Shown here: piece after piece, positions 38,637 through 52,023 of the stretch
How the letters are laid out: the number at the start of each line of letters is the position of its first letter
Numbering within the stretch: the first letter of the stretch is position 1
The notes under the pieces: model-generated
Databases searched by the model: none
Seen by the model: only the letters and a program-made list of their open reading frames with translations
What the model was told of the DNA's origin: nothing
Program-made: the position numbers and the translations under genes
Source of the DNA: Octopus bimaculoides
Lineage: Eukaryota
DNA: 64,000 bases
Assembly (NCBI RefSeq): GCF_001194135.2
Contig: NC_068989.1
Location: 3,974,840 to 4,038,839 of the forward strand
Direction: 5' to 3'

Positions 38637-39248
38637 GTGAGAGAGAGAGAGAGAGAGAGACAGAGAGATAGAGAGTGAGATGTAGATATATATATCGGTA
38701 TGTATGCATGTATGTATATATATATGTGTGTGTATATACATATGCGCTCATACATACATGCATACATAGCATAACATACCTACACATACACAAGCACACA
38801 CCTAATGCTATCTCTTTTTCTGTTTCCTCTTCAATATTTGAAAATAAAACACAATTTGATAAAGACAATTGTTTAACGAATAACTACGAACACACCAATA
38901 AAATAGCAGAAAACAAGTTCACTTACACACGAATGAAAAACTAACATGAAAATATTCAATTCAAGATTTGCATGAATTTTTCTGTGATCTTCATTGCATT
39001 TTTTAATGTTAAGATTTCTAGATTGCTTTCGCAGATTGAATCTTATAATGAGTTCGCTGCTAAGTTAAATAGGACAACGATTCCATTAAATGACAAGCTT
39101 ATGAGTTTATAATACAAGAAAATAAACGCTCGTTGTTCACCTTCTCTATCTCTTTCTAAGCCTAAATATTTTGATGCGTACTGACTGCATTTATGTGTAC
39201 GATGAGCATTAATTATCTCATTCTTCTCGCGCTGTATATTGTATGTAG

Positions 39249-39334
<86 letters not shown>

Positions 39335-41009
39335 ATATATATTCTTTTATNNNNNNNNNNNNNNNNNNNNNNNNNNNNNNNNNNNNNNNNNNNNNNNNNN
39401 NNNNNNNNNNNNNNNNNNNNNNNNNNNNNNNNNNNNNNNNNNNNNNNNNNNNNNNNNNNNNNNNNNNNNNNNNNNNNNNNNNNNNNNNNNNNNNNNNNNN
39501 NNNNNNNNNNNNNNNNNNNNNNNNNNNNNNNNNNNNNNNNNNNNNNNNNNNNNNNNNNNNNNNNNNNNNNNNNNNNNNNNNNNNNNNNNNNNNNNNNNNN
39601 NNNNNNNNNNNNNNNNNNNNNNNNNNNNNNNNNNNNNNNNNNNNNNNNNNNNNNNNNNNNNNNNNNNNNNNNNNNNNNNNNNNNNNNNNNNNNNNNNNNN
39701 NNNNNNNNNNNNNNNNNNNNNNNNNNNNNNNNNNNNNNNNNNNNNNNNNNNNNNNNNNNNNNNNNNNNNNNNNNNNNNNNNNNNNNNNNNNNNNNNNNNN
39801 NNNNNNNNNNNNNNNNNNNNNNNNNNNNNNNNNNNNNNNNNNNNNNNNNNNNNNNNNNNNNNNNNNNNNNNNNNNNNNNNNNNNNNNNNNNNNNNNNNNN
39901 NNNNNNNNNNNNNNNNNNNNNNNNNNNNNNNNNNNNNNNNNNNNNNNNNNNNNNNNNNNNNNNNNNNNNNNNNNNNNNNNNNNNNNNNNNNNNNNNNNNN
40001 NNNNNNNNNNNNNNNNNNNNNNNNNNNNNNNNNNNNNNNNNNNNNNNNNNNNNNNNNNNNNNNNNNNNNNNNNNNNNNNNNNNNNNNNNNNNNNNNNNNN
40101 NNNNNNNNNNNNNNNNNNNNNNNNNNNNNNNNNNNNNNNNNNNNNNNNNNNNNNNNNNNNNNNNNNNNNNNNNNNNNNNNNNNNNNNNNNNNNNNNNNNN
40201 NNNNNNNNNNNNNNNNNNNNNNNNNNNNNNNNNNNNNNNNNNNNNNNNNNNNNNNNNNNNNNNNNNNNNNNNNNNNNNNNNNNNNNNNNNNNNNNNNNNN
40301 NNNNNNNNNNNNNNNNNNNNNNNATATATATATATATATATATATATTTACATCACTGCTTTTCTTTGGCATCTTATCTTCAGGGAGTAGAGTCTCAGGT
40401 CTTTTAGCGTCTCTCAGTAGTCCGTCTTTCTTTGATGACCGTTAACATTTACCACGAAGCATTATTTAATATATCGAAAAGGTAAATTTCGATTCATTAG
40501 CAAATTACTACGTTTGCTTTGCAATACATCAGCGTAAGCTTTAGGCGTGTACACCAACCGTCCTTCCTAGATATGCATATGAAGACCCGTCACCGTTTTT
40601 GTACTTCAAATGCTTGTATGCGTATTTCTCTTTGATTCTCATTGTCTATCCTGTTACCAGCAACAGACGTAATGTTTTCTATACCATTAGAAAGGGATAC
40701 TCACGCATGCGCACATACAGAAATCTCATTATACAAACCGAAAATGGCGAGCGTATGTGACGTTTAATGCAGTTATATATGTGATAATTTCATGAGTCGA
40801 ATACTTAATTAAGAATTCATGAGAAGTGATGGAAACAATTATGTATGGGTGATTATGGAGATAAATGTGATTACATCTCATCGCTCTCACCCCCTCGCTC
40901 TTTTCGCCCATTTCACTCTCTCTCATCTTCCCCCTTGGTGTATTTTTTTCTCTTTGTCCCTTACTCCTACATTCTCTCTACTATTTGCTCTCTCGGTCTG
41001 TGGGCTATG

Positions 41010-41064
<55 letters not shown>

Positions 41065-41457
41065 ATTATTTATTCATATATATATATACGCGCATATATA
41101 CTGCATGCATTTAATTATTTTGGTTGCTTTTCTTTCTTAGCTTTCAAGTCTTCATATTTCTACTTTGGTTATTCCCTCAGGTTCTCTTAATTTCTAAATT
41201 CGCCTCTTTCACTCCATTTCCCCCCTCTCTCTTTCTCTCCCTCCCTCCCTCCGTCCCTCCCTCTCTTCATTTCTATCGTAAGAACACTTTATGATTAGCG
41301 CTTGTTCTTTTGTTTATTCATTCTTCATAAATATAAATGCATGAATCAATCAATCGATGAATCAATCAATTTCTCTTTCCTATTTCTCGTTCTGTGTGTG
41401 TGAACCTATATGTATGCATGCATATATTATATATGTATGTATACATCGATCGGTATT

Positions 41458-41559
<102 letters not shown>

Positions 41560-42614
41560 TCTGCTTCCACACACGCATATATATAGAGAGAACCGTTCAT
41601 AGATATAGTTGTCTGCATTTTATCAATATGCTATTATTATTTGCCATCACAAGGAAGAAGGTATTATAACATTTATCTTGGTCGTTTGAAATTCTGCATT
41701 TCTATCGAAAAGTACACACATTTCTTCTCCTAATCACTGTGCTACTTTTCACTGGAATCAGTCCATTGAATTATAGGCGTATCTCACCTGAGACATTCTG
41801 GTCTCTTCCAGAATTTAATCTGGTTTAAGTCTATATCATTCTGAAATTAAATCTGCAATATAAAATACCTTCGAAGTTCACGCAAGAAAGTATTTGTAAA
41901 AGAACTATTCATTTATATACATTTCGAATGTTGAGCAATTATCGTATGCAAAAAGCTATTCAGCCAGAAACAGAAACGTGTGTCCTCTACTCTTCTTCAT
42001 CTCCAGAGAATAAACCTGTCCTTTTTTTCTTAATGGCGTCAACGAAGGAGAATTTTTGATTCTTTACATTATCTCCCCTTTTTCAAATTGCGTTTGCCTT
42101 AAATACCATTTGCTTATTATGATACATCCTCTGGAGACATAATATTAATAGATCTAGAATTTATATTATAAGGTATACTATATACCAGTATTTGCCTACG
42201 AGTGTTTCTTTAACATGTATGTATGTATTTATGTGTGTATGTATGTACGTATGTATATGCGTGTGTACGAATGAATGAATTTACGTAAGTACGTATGTAT
42301 GTGCATACTTATATATGGGTATAGATATGTATGTATGTATATAGACATCAACGAGAAAGGCCTCTACGTGGTAGCTAGAACTGATAGAAATAAAAGCCAC
42401 TTCTCTTTCAAACCATATCGTTCTCTCTCATTTACATACGAACCATCAAACACACAAGACGTGTTTTTATATTAATAAGACGTGTCGGAAATAAATAGCC
42501 AAAACTCCTCCAAATCACACTATTGTCTCTCTTTTTATTTTCATATGATACTAGTACATCACAGGATTCATCTAGCTATGTGCATGTGTTTGTATGCGTG
42601 TGTTTATGTGTGTG

Positions 42615-42715
<101 letters not shown>

Positions 42716-43417
42716 CCGCTTGATGTTATAGGTTTCGGACGAAGCCATTCCCACTGCAATAATCTGAGGTTATTAAGCAACGAATGTAACACTGTCTTGA
42801 TCTTTGACTCCTATTAGTGGAGAAATTTTAATTCGTTGTTAATTAAAGGTTTCGGATGGATCCGCTTATTTTTATAACAGTCACTATTTCATAGGATTAT
42901 TCGGGATTACATTTCATAACAGAATTACCCAAAACTGAACGGACACAAGATTGCATGGAAGAATTCCTACACAATGAGAGATTTGTGTCACCGTTAAGGA
43001 TGGCATTTGATGAATTCAGTTAAACAATTATGCCTATATAAATAGATTAATCAAGTTAGCTAAGGCAGAACTAGGATTAATTAGCAAGAAGATTATAAGG
43101 AAGATCACCGATAGCATTAGAGAGGTGAATAATTTACAACAATGGCCTAACTGGAATACATGAAATATTTCGATATGGCTACTGAGAGAAAGAACTCAAG
43201 ATTTACTCAGTCTGAATCTGTGGAGCTCTTACTATAAGCACATCTTTTCACTGTAAAGCATTAGAAAATTGTAATATTGATGTCACTGATCTAGAGATGA
43301 AATTATATGCAGGGAAAATATTACTTTACACAGCATCGTCATAACTAGCAACCAAACATACACATTTAATGTTAGAATCGATCTACGAACTTGTCGGTCT
43401 CTTCATGTTGGAAGATA

Positions 43418-43497
43418 AATGTCACTTGCCAAAGGTGCCGTGCTGGGAGATTGAACCCAAAACATGTGTTTGCAAAACGAGTTTCTTAACCACAAGG
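43418..43497 (-). mobile_element. SINE family B head fragment
   Basis: cacttgccaaaggtgccgtgctgggagattgaacccaaaacatgtg...ttcttaaccaca. Confidence 0.6.
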
Positions 43498-43635
43498 TTT
43501 GGTCCTTATGTAATAACCACCGCACAATAACATTCATTCACAATGAAACATTGATATCCTTACCAACGTAATCTCTACAGTAGCATGCAGAAACATTTAA
43601 AATCATAGACAAATACTTACAATATTCCAGAGACT

Positions 43636-43674
<39 letters not shown>

Positions 43675-44768
43675 CACGGCACAGCGCACAAGGACAAGTA
43701 CACCTCACTAACTGTATTTATCAACACCAATACACACTTTCAAAATGCATCGTGCCTCCGTCCATAAAACTCTGTCCACACAAACAGAATCGCCTGCTGT
43801 TAATCAATGAGAAGTGAGGCTGATAATTTCTCTGTAACTAACGGTGTAACGGAGTGGAAAGGCACGATTCTAGTTTCCGACTCTTGCCGAAGAGTTCCGA
43901 TGCGCATTACTGAATTCGTTAAAACCTTTCTCTCTTCACTGATCAAGATCAATGACCGCGATCGCACTGAATATTTGAAACTATAAACTCCTAATCGAAT
44001 ATCATTCGAAGCTATTGCAAATATCCATTTAGCACGTAAATGTTTGTATCTGTTATTTACATTATATCCTGTTCGCTAATCTCTCTACAAACACATATGC
44101 ATGCTTGTGTGTGTCTGTGTGTGTGTGTGTGTGTAAAGAAAGAAAGAGAGAGAGAGACATACACATATAATCGTTTCAACGGTATGTAATAGTGTTATAG
44201 ATCTGTCGTTCCATTGCATAGTAGTGCTTATACATGCGTGTATGCGAAGGTGTTAGTGTGTGTGAAGTTTCTTCTGCTTATCATTCTACTATGCTTAACC
44301 ATTTGTTCAACCATTCTCCCTAATTTTCGTACAATACTCTAACTCTCATTCTATATGATTAGGTATTTCTATGACTATGTTTGCTTGTATATATGCATAC
44401 ATGTATGCAATATTTATTTCTGTGTCTCTACATGCTTCCTCTAAACCTGTCTCCAAATTTGTTCTTGTCTGTGTCTTAAGTCTTTACTTCCCATTCTACA
44501 GGTCCGCTACATTGGCAGTCTGGCTAGCGTCTTTGTGTTGGACCCTCTTACGACTTTACAAGAACTTCGATATACCTACATACATACATGCATATGAAGT
44601 AGGTAACGAGCACGAAAAGAGGACCACGCAAGAGGAACAAGTTTTAACAATGCTTACTTCCCCATGTGCTGACCTGCTAATCGCCCCTCTCCCCAAAATA
44701 CCCATGCTGGACAGTTTTACGTCCTTCTAAACTTTTAAAAGGACTTTGAGTTCTCTCTAAATATAAAA

Positions 44769-44854
44769 AAAGTAAATTTAAAAAATAAATAAAGCATCAT
44801 AGCCCAGTAATATTACTAGGCTATGATGCTTTATTTATTTTTTATATTTACTTT
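44769..44854. repeat. Spacer-less palindrome, 43-bp arms with 2 mismatches
   Basis: ...aaataaataaagcatcatagcccagtaat|attactaggctatgatgctttatttattt...; centre between 44811 and 44812. Confidence 0.9.
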
Positions 44855-45533
44855 CTTCACTTTATATTAGTAATTCATTAGTTTTTTTCCATAAAGAAAT
44901 TTTTTTTTTTATATTTGATGAACTCTCTTGGTTCTCTTCCTTCCTCCAGTTTTGACTTAGCAATTAGCTTACGACTTTTAGTTTACTTTACTGTGATCTA
45001 TTTTGCCCTCCTCCCCCCATTTTAATAATCTAGTTTAAACCTTTAGTATAGCCTTTACAGCCCCCTCCCTTCATAACTCTATGTAAACAAGCGTTCTTAC
45101 TTCTAACGGTCACTTACTTGGCCATGTAACTCGTAAGTTACCTCATCATTTCGCATTTGTCTTGCTTCTATATGTTGGTTCCCTGACGATGAATATATGT
45201 GGAATTCCAGCAGTTCTTACTTCTTTGGAGTAGATAACACATATATTTTGAAACATGTGTAGGAATTAAAGGAACTTTTATTTATATGCGTTATGCTCCA
45301 TTTATTGTTATTATTCATATATATNNNNNNNNNNNNNNNNNNNNNNNNNNNNNNNNNNNNNNNNNNNNNNNNNNNNNNNNNNNNNNNNNNNNNNNNNNNN
45401 NNNNNNNNNNNNNNNNNNNNNNNNNNNNNNNNNNNNNNNNNNNNNNNNNNNNNNNNNNNNNNNNNNNNNNNNNNNNNNNNNNNNNNNNNNNNNTATATAT
45501 ATATATATAAATACATATATATATTTACATATA

Positions 45534-45573
<40 letters not shown>

Positions 45574-46411
45574 CATACATACATACATACATACATACAT
45601 ACAACCGGCATCATGATACTCATATTTAGACATAAGTCCTGATCACCTTCATGAATAGTCAGAATGGATGCTGCAATATAAACGTATCCACATAAGTGAA
45701 TCGTCAAAATCAATGACTGAAATCGGAACGAAGCAACAGTAGCTATACATAGTACAATGCCTACTATACCAACCTAAACAGCGGCCTCCAGCCAGACAGT
45801 ACCATTAAACGTTGTTGTAAGCTGCAACAGACGAGTCTCAAGGGCAATTTATCTCTAGTGTAAGCCAGAGCTAATCGAACAGATGAATACCAAAATATCT
45901 TTAATACTTTACATGCTGTAACATACAGCAATTATTGACCTCAACAATAATACATACAGTACAAATATCAAAACTGAGCGTTGCTTGATAGGAAAACATT
46001 GATTTTGATATTTAATTATTTCTCCGTTTAGACTGACATGTTCATGATTCCCATCTTATTCCGAAATCTTTCTTCTGTTCCCTTCTATCTATATGTTTTG
46101 TGTGATCTGGTTCTCTTTCATTATTTACTCCTCTGTAAGTGTGTCTTTATTTAACAATTTTACTTTTGTTCTTCATTTTATGAATGTTTCTTGCGTTTTC
46201 TGTTGATTTCTGATATCTTTCTGGTTTTGAGAATGTATCTTTTTAAAATTGATTAGTTTATCTGTTTCGTTGTAAATTAGAGGTTAGAAAGGTGTTATTC
46301 TTTGTACTGTTGTATCAAAGTTTCATCTTCAGTGTAGAGTGTAGCAGTAAAATGTGCTTATAAAGAAGACAACGATTCCAATTCTGTTTGGCTGCGTGTA
46401 TTTTTATTGAT

Positions 46412-46557
46412 GAGTTTAAATTCCGCCGAGGTTGACTTTGCCTTTTATCTTTTCGAGGTCGATAAATTAAGTACCAGTTGCGTACTGGGGTCAATCTAAT
46501 CGACTAGACCCCTCCCCCAAAATTTCGGGCCTTGTGCCCAGAGTAGAAATGAATAAT
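46412..46557 (+). mobile_element. SINE family A, 5'-truncated, well-preserved 3' end
   Basis: aaattccgccgaggttgactttgcc...aattaagtaccagttgcgtactggggtcaatctaatcgactagacccctcccccaaaatttcgggccttgtgcc. Confidence 0.9.
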
Positions 46558-46622
46558 GGATATTTTTCGGAGCTGCCGTACCAAGTTATCTCCTGTCAGG
46601 ATCGGTAGAGCAGCGAGCTGTG

Positions 46623-46945
46623 AAGGCGCGCGTCTTAATGGTTAGGGGCATTCGGCTCACGATCCTAAGGTCGCGAGTTCGATTCCCGCTAACGAGTAAT
46701 GTCCTTGAGCAAGACACTTTATTTCACGTAGTTTGAGTGCACTCAACTGGAAAAAATGAGGTGTACCTGTAATTAAAAGGATCCAGCCTTGCCATATTGT
46801 ATGTCATGCTGAATCTCCCTGAGAACTACGTTAAGGATACACTTGTTTGTAGAGTACTCAGCCAGTTGCACATTAATTTCACGAGAAGGATGTTATGTTG
46901 ATTGGATCAACGTGAGTGCTCGCCGTCGCAACCGACGGAGTAACA
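46623..46945 (+). mobile_element. tRNA-derived SINE family C
   Basis: Head ggcgcgcgtcttaatggttagg (A-box-like), gagttcgattccc (B-box, 46675-46687), then tccttgagcaagacact (a common SINE post-tRNA motif), and a unique body ending accgacggagtaacaa. Confidence 0.8.
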
Positions 46946-48109
46946 ATTCTTTTCTTTTTTTTTTTTTCTTAAAGAGTAGCGGGGAAAGATTTTGATGTAT
47001 TTAAGTACGACTTTTTAAATATGATATTCGAAAGTCTTTGAAGTTTAATTTGTTATTCCTCCCCACAGACGCAATAAGATTAGGTTCCAATCAAGGACCA
47101 AAATGTCTTCCGGAATATCTGTTGGTTGAAAATACCGTTTATATGTAGTGTATTTATAACTATTGGTAAACACACTTATGGGGTGATGAAAATTGTCGAA
47201 ACTAGCCAAGCTTGTTTTTCAATCTGGGGTCCGTTCACACAGCTTGTGATGGGTTAAATATATGATAATTAAATGTACATTCGTAGATTTATTTACGACC
47301 TCTCCACTTACCCGCTGTCTCTGTACTTTGTACCATGCGTGAGAGTGTGTATGTATGTGTATGTGCAAGCGTGTGTAATGACATATGCATGTACAAGTTT
47401 TCTAACTGAATAACTCAGCTAGATGAATGGACCACTCTATCGCTATTATGGGCGATAAAATTTATGCAAATGGCGATTTCCAAAACATTTGAAAGAATAT
47501 GGTTGAAAAAGAAAAAAATCTGAAAAGAAAAACAGAAGAAAAACGGTGTCATAAGCGAACAGGTTGTATATAATGAACAAAAAAAGAAGAATTGTTATGA
47601 TACAATTAAATATGAACATGTATATCGAAGGTGGAGTTCAATCATGCGTATATTTTCAAATGAGAGTAGGCGAGCGAATAATTCTGTCGATATATGAAAA
47701 CAAAAGAAAATTGTAATGAAATAATAAATAAAAATATTATTTTTAAAGTTAGATGTAATTTAAAAGCTGTTAAGGTCTCATTCAATATGAGAGTAGAATA
47801 AATGAAAAAAGATCATTTAGGTTTGAGTAGTAAAATATTTGGAGATGAGAGTGTGAGATGAATACGAGGTAGAGAAGGAAGAAAGGAAAATACGTAAATG
47901 CAAGTTCAACATGGAATTTAAATGGTTTGATTCTAGTGATTTAGGTGAGAATTACAGACTGGTGAAAACATTCGTTGTATTTTATAGAAAGTGATTAAGA
48001 ATTCTAGTGTAGCGATAGTGAGTGGTACACCCTGACAACCTGGTCGTGCGCCTAAATATGTCCGTACACAATACGTTAATGCACATGCTGCTGTCGAGTT
48101 GTTTGTGGA

Positions 48110-48146
48110 CCCAAACTGATCCCAAACTGATCCCAAACTGATCCCA
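48110..48146. repeat. 11-bp tandem repeat (cccaaactgat) x3.4
   Basis: Direct reading. Confidence 0.9.
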
Positions 48147-48285
48147 CATCACACAACACTCTCTTTAATTTTCTCTACTTTTACGCCTTCCGCAACTACT
48201 TTCCCCACCGCATATTCATAAAAACATTTTTTTATTATTATTATTTTCATTATTTCGGGGACGTGCACAAACTATGTTCCCATTG

Positions 48286-48379
48286 AAAACGATCCCCTGA
48301 AGAAGGGGATAAATGATAGTAATATTTACACAGATGTAATACGAGTGTAAAAATAGGTCGAAACAATTGTTATGGTTTT
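48286..48379 (+). ncRNA. Relic hammerhead-like motif with long stem II
   Basis: aaaacgatccc-CTGAAGA-a...tttacac/gtgtaaa hairpin...ggtc-GAAA-caattg-TT-atggtttt. Palindromic ACAAUUGU stem III; aaaacgat/atggtttt pair with one mismatch but are offset by 3 nt. Confidence 0.4.
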
Positions 48380-49052
48380 ATATAAAGAATGTCGTTAAAT
48401 CTATTTTCTGTTATGTAAATGTATGTATGTATTTATGCACATATGTATGCTGTATATACAAAGGTATTTAAAGACACTTAATAGTCAGTAGAATACTCTC
48501 TTCAAACCAATTAAAATGTTTTTATTTCGTTTTGTCCTCATGACAGATTAAAATGCTAAAACAACAAACGCAAATCGTTCAGTCATAGTTGAAAATGTGA
48601 TAAACACAAACATTTTGAAATTGACAAAATCCTAACTGTTGCAAGATCTTATAAGTAAAGATGTGTATGTGTGTAATTGTGTGTGTAACTGTGTGTGACC
48701 TGTTAAACAACCTGTTGAGAACCGATAATCAATAAAGGATTTGTTGAATAAATGTTCAATAGAAAATGTTTAAGTATATTTTATCGTTAATGTCTTACGG
48801 TAGCTTGGAAAGAAAAAGATAAACAAAGACTGCTGAGATATTTTTAATGGTAAGACTCGGTTAGATCCTCATCTTAAAGTACCAATAGGTCAACGGTTTT
48901 AGTTAATTTAACACAGAAAGTAGAAAATGCTTATTAAACATATGTACGTGAGTCCAGAGACAAATATACATCTATACGTAGAAATAATACACAGAAACAC
49001 ACAGAAACACACCCAACCAAACATATATACATACATATATAATATTAATATG

Positions 49053-49107
<55 letters not shown>

Positions 49108-50950
49108 TAACACAATGAGATAAAAAAATCCAAGGCTGTGAAAGATTTTCAGAACATTTATAAAGAGGTCTTACAGNNNNNNNNNNNNNNNNNNNNNNNN
49201 NNNNNNNNNNNNNNNNNNNNNNNNNNNNNNNNNNNNNNNNNNNNNNNNNNNNNNNNNNNNNNNNNNNNNNNNNNNNNNNNNNNNNNNNNNNNNNNNNNNN
49301 NNNNNNNNNNNNNNNNNNNNNNNNNNNNNNNNNNNNNNNNNNNNNNNNNNNNNNNNNNNNNNNNNNNNNNNNNNNNNNNNNNNNNNNNNNNNNNNNNNNN
49401 NNNNNNNNNNNNNNNNNNNNNNNNNNNNNNNNNNNNNNNNNNNNNNNNNNNNNNNNNNNNNNNNNNNNNNNNNNNNNNNNNNNNNNNNNNNNNNNNNNNN
49501 NNNNNNNNNNNNNNNNNNNNNNNNNNNNNNNNNNNNNNNNNNNNNNNNNNNNNNNNNNNNNNNNNNNNNNNNNNNNNNNNNNNNNNNNNNNNNNNNNNNN
49601 NNNNNNNNNNNNNNNNNNNNNNNNNNNNNNNNNNNNNNNNNNNNNNNNNNNNNNNNNNNNNNNNNNNNNNNNNNNNNNNNNNNNNNNNNNNNNNNNNNNN
49701 NNNNNNNNNNNNNNNNNNNNNNNNNNNNNNNNNNNNNNNNNNNNNNNNNNNNNNNNNNNNNNNNNNNNNNNNNNNNNNNNNNNNNNNNNNNNNNNNNNNN
49801 NNNNNNNNNNNNNNNNNNNNNNNNNNNNNNNNNNNNNNNNNNNNNNNNNNNNNNNNNNNNNNNNNNNNNNNNNNNNNNNNNNNNNNNNNNNNNNNNNNNN
49901 NNNNNNNNNNNNNNNNNNNNNNNNNNNNNNNNNNNNNNNNNATATATATATATATATATGCATGTATGTATACATGTATGTATGTATGTATGTATGTATG
50001 TATGTATGTATGTATTTACATGAATATATACAACACACATACAACCACAGAAAGTAACACAGAAAAGGAAGAAAGCTGATCACGCAGTCACTGTTATTTG
50101 TGGTAATGCGTGAGAATGTATATGGCTGAGTGAATATGCGTATGGTATGTACGCGTCTATGTAAGTATGTATACGTGCATATGTGTCTGTTTACGTTTGT
50201 ATCATTACAAAACAGCCATCAGTATTGACGATGAATAATCTTCGCTAGAAGGATTTACCATTTATCCATTTCCAATTGATTTCTTACACATCATAGAACG
50301 AACCAGCTGCTGTTGTCTGCGATAAGCAAGAACACCTGTCCTCTGTCTTACTCTGTTCAGCTCTCCTGATTCAGAGATCTTCAATGCTGCTTCAATGACG
50401 TTATTTTTGCAGATATCACAATGAAAAAAAAAAAAAGACCTCTGTTGGATTCTCTTCTTCCTCGTCTCTTTTCTTCCTCACCCCACTTCTCCCTCTCTCG
50501 CTCTCTTCCTCATAGCATCTGAATGTTCTTTACGATACTTATGGTAATGTTGTTTTTAATATCTATTATTATATTTTATAGTTTTATATTGCAAGTATTT
50601 TGTAGTAAATCTTATCGTGTAAATGAATGATAAGAATGCGACCGGAATAATCGAAGGAACTCACACGCATACACAGCAACATAAAAACACACGCGCACAC
50701 ATACTTATATATACAATATAAATACTTGTATATAATATACATACGCACACACTCACACACACGCGCAGAGACACACGCATATATATATATATATACACAC
50801 ACACACGTATGTAAACTTATATATGTTTACATATATAAGTGTATATATAAGTGTGTATATANNNNNNNNNNNNNNNNNNNNNNNNNNNNNNNNNNNNNNN
50901 NNNNNNNNNNNNNNNNNNNNNNNNNNNNNNNNNNNNNNNNNNATATATAT

Positions 50951-51120
50951 ATTTTTTTTTTTCTCCGTGTTTTTCTCCTTGTCTCCGTATTCTTTCTGTT
51001 GAAGAGCGTAGCTCGAAACGTCAAAGACTTTCCGTATTCCCGAGCGTCATACTAATATATACTTTTGTTATTTACACCACCTGTCCTCGTCTGTTGTTAT
51101 TATTTGTATATTCTCCCATA
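50951..51120 (+). mobile_element. Short Penelope-LTR-like repeat carrying a minimal hammerhead variant (50991-51027)
   Basis: tcttt-CTGTTGA-a-gagc gta gctc-GAAA-cgTC-aaaga in a pyrimidine-rich segment bounded by (TA)n. Confidence 0.6.
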
Positions 51121-51133
51121 TATATATATATGC

Positions 51134-51955
51134 TCTAGCTGACGTACCCGGTAATTCCCGGGAAAGCGGTTCTGTTCTCATAATTGTTTCGCTAATTCCA
51201 CTAACAACAATACAAAGTATTTAGCCCTTAAAACGGTTTCTGTGCATTTACAGAGAATACCGAACTGTCTTACACACAATCATATTCTTAGGAATTCAAA
51301 TAAAGTAGCCCCCGAAAAGGGCGTTAATGCGTTACCAGAGTACGTAGAAATCCGGAGGAGATAATAATAAGGTATGTATACTAAAATCATGAAGCATATT
51401 ACGTAATAACAGGTTAATCAGATATGAGATAATAGCAATTCAAAGTAAATAACTCTGAAAAGGGCTTTTGTGCATTCCCAGAGAATATTACCTTCAGCAG
51501 CGCTAGTGTTGGTATATTCATGAATAACTCACTAACCGACATAAGTGGATCTAGTGTTTAGGAAAATACTATTTATCTATTTAAGGGTTGTACTGGATAA
51601 ATTGCAAAAATACCTCTAACAATTCAAATACTAAGAAAGAAGGATACTCAATTTGATTTATACCAAATGATTTAGGAAAATAAATGGATTCTTTCCTTTG
51701 GCTGTTAAAATCTGCGTGAATGGGTTATTTCTCTTAGCTGTTAAAATGATATATATTAGACACATATAAAGATGCCTTCCAGGGGCCCTATTATCGATTT
51801 TATCAACAATCTGAGTATGCCATGAAGTTTTCAGACACGAGTTCTACTCACGCGTCAAGTTTCAGCAAAATCAATAAGACGATGTAGGAGGAGTTACCTA
51901 ACAACTCCACAAACACATCGACAGACAAAATTTCTCACATATGTAGTATATGTAG

Positions 51956-51960
<5 letters not shown>
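51134..51960 (+). mobile_element. Non-autonomous rolling-circle (Helentron/DINE-1-like) element in a (TA)n tract
   Basis: Start tctagctgacgtacccggtaattcccggga (short hairpin). End ...caagtttcagcaaaatc...gacagacaaaatttctcacatatgtagtata resembles DINE-1/HINE termini as I recall them. Three degenerate ~48-nt internal subrepeats; (TA)n on both sides. Confidence 0.5.

Positions 51961-52023
<63 letters not shown>

Noticed and set aside
44501-44602. Exon candidate after ctttacttcccattctacag
   Set aside because: It runs through a (CATA) microsatellite, the donor is weak, and no frame gives a known motif.
46623-46700. tRNA gene
   Set aside because: A/B boxes are present but continue into a SINE body; no complete cloverleaf.
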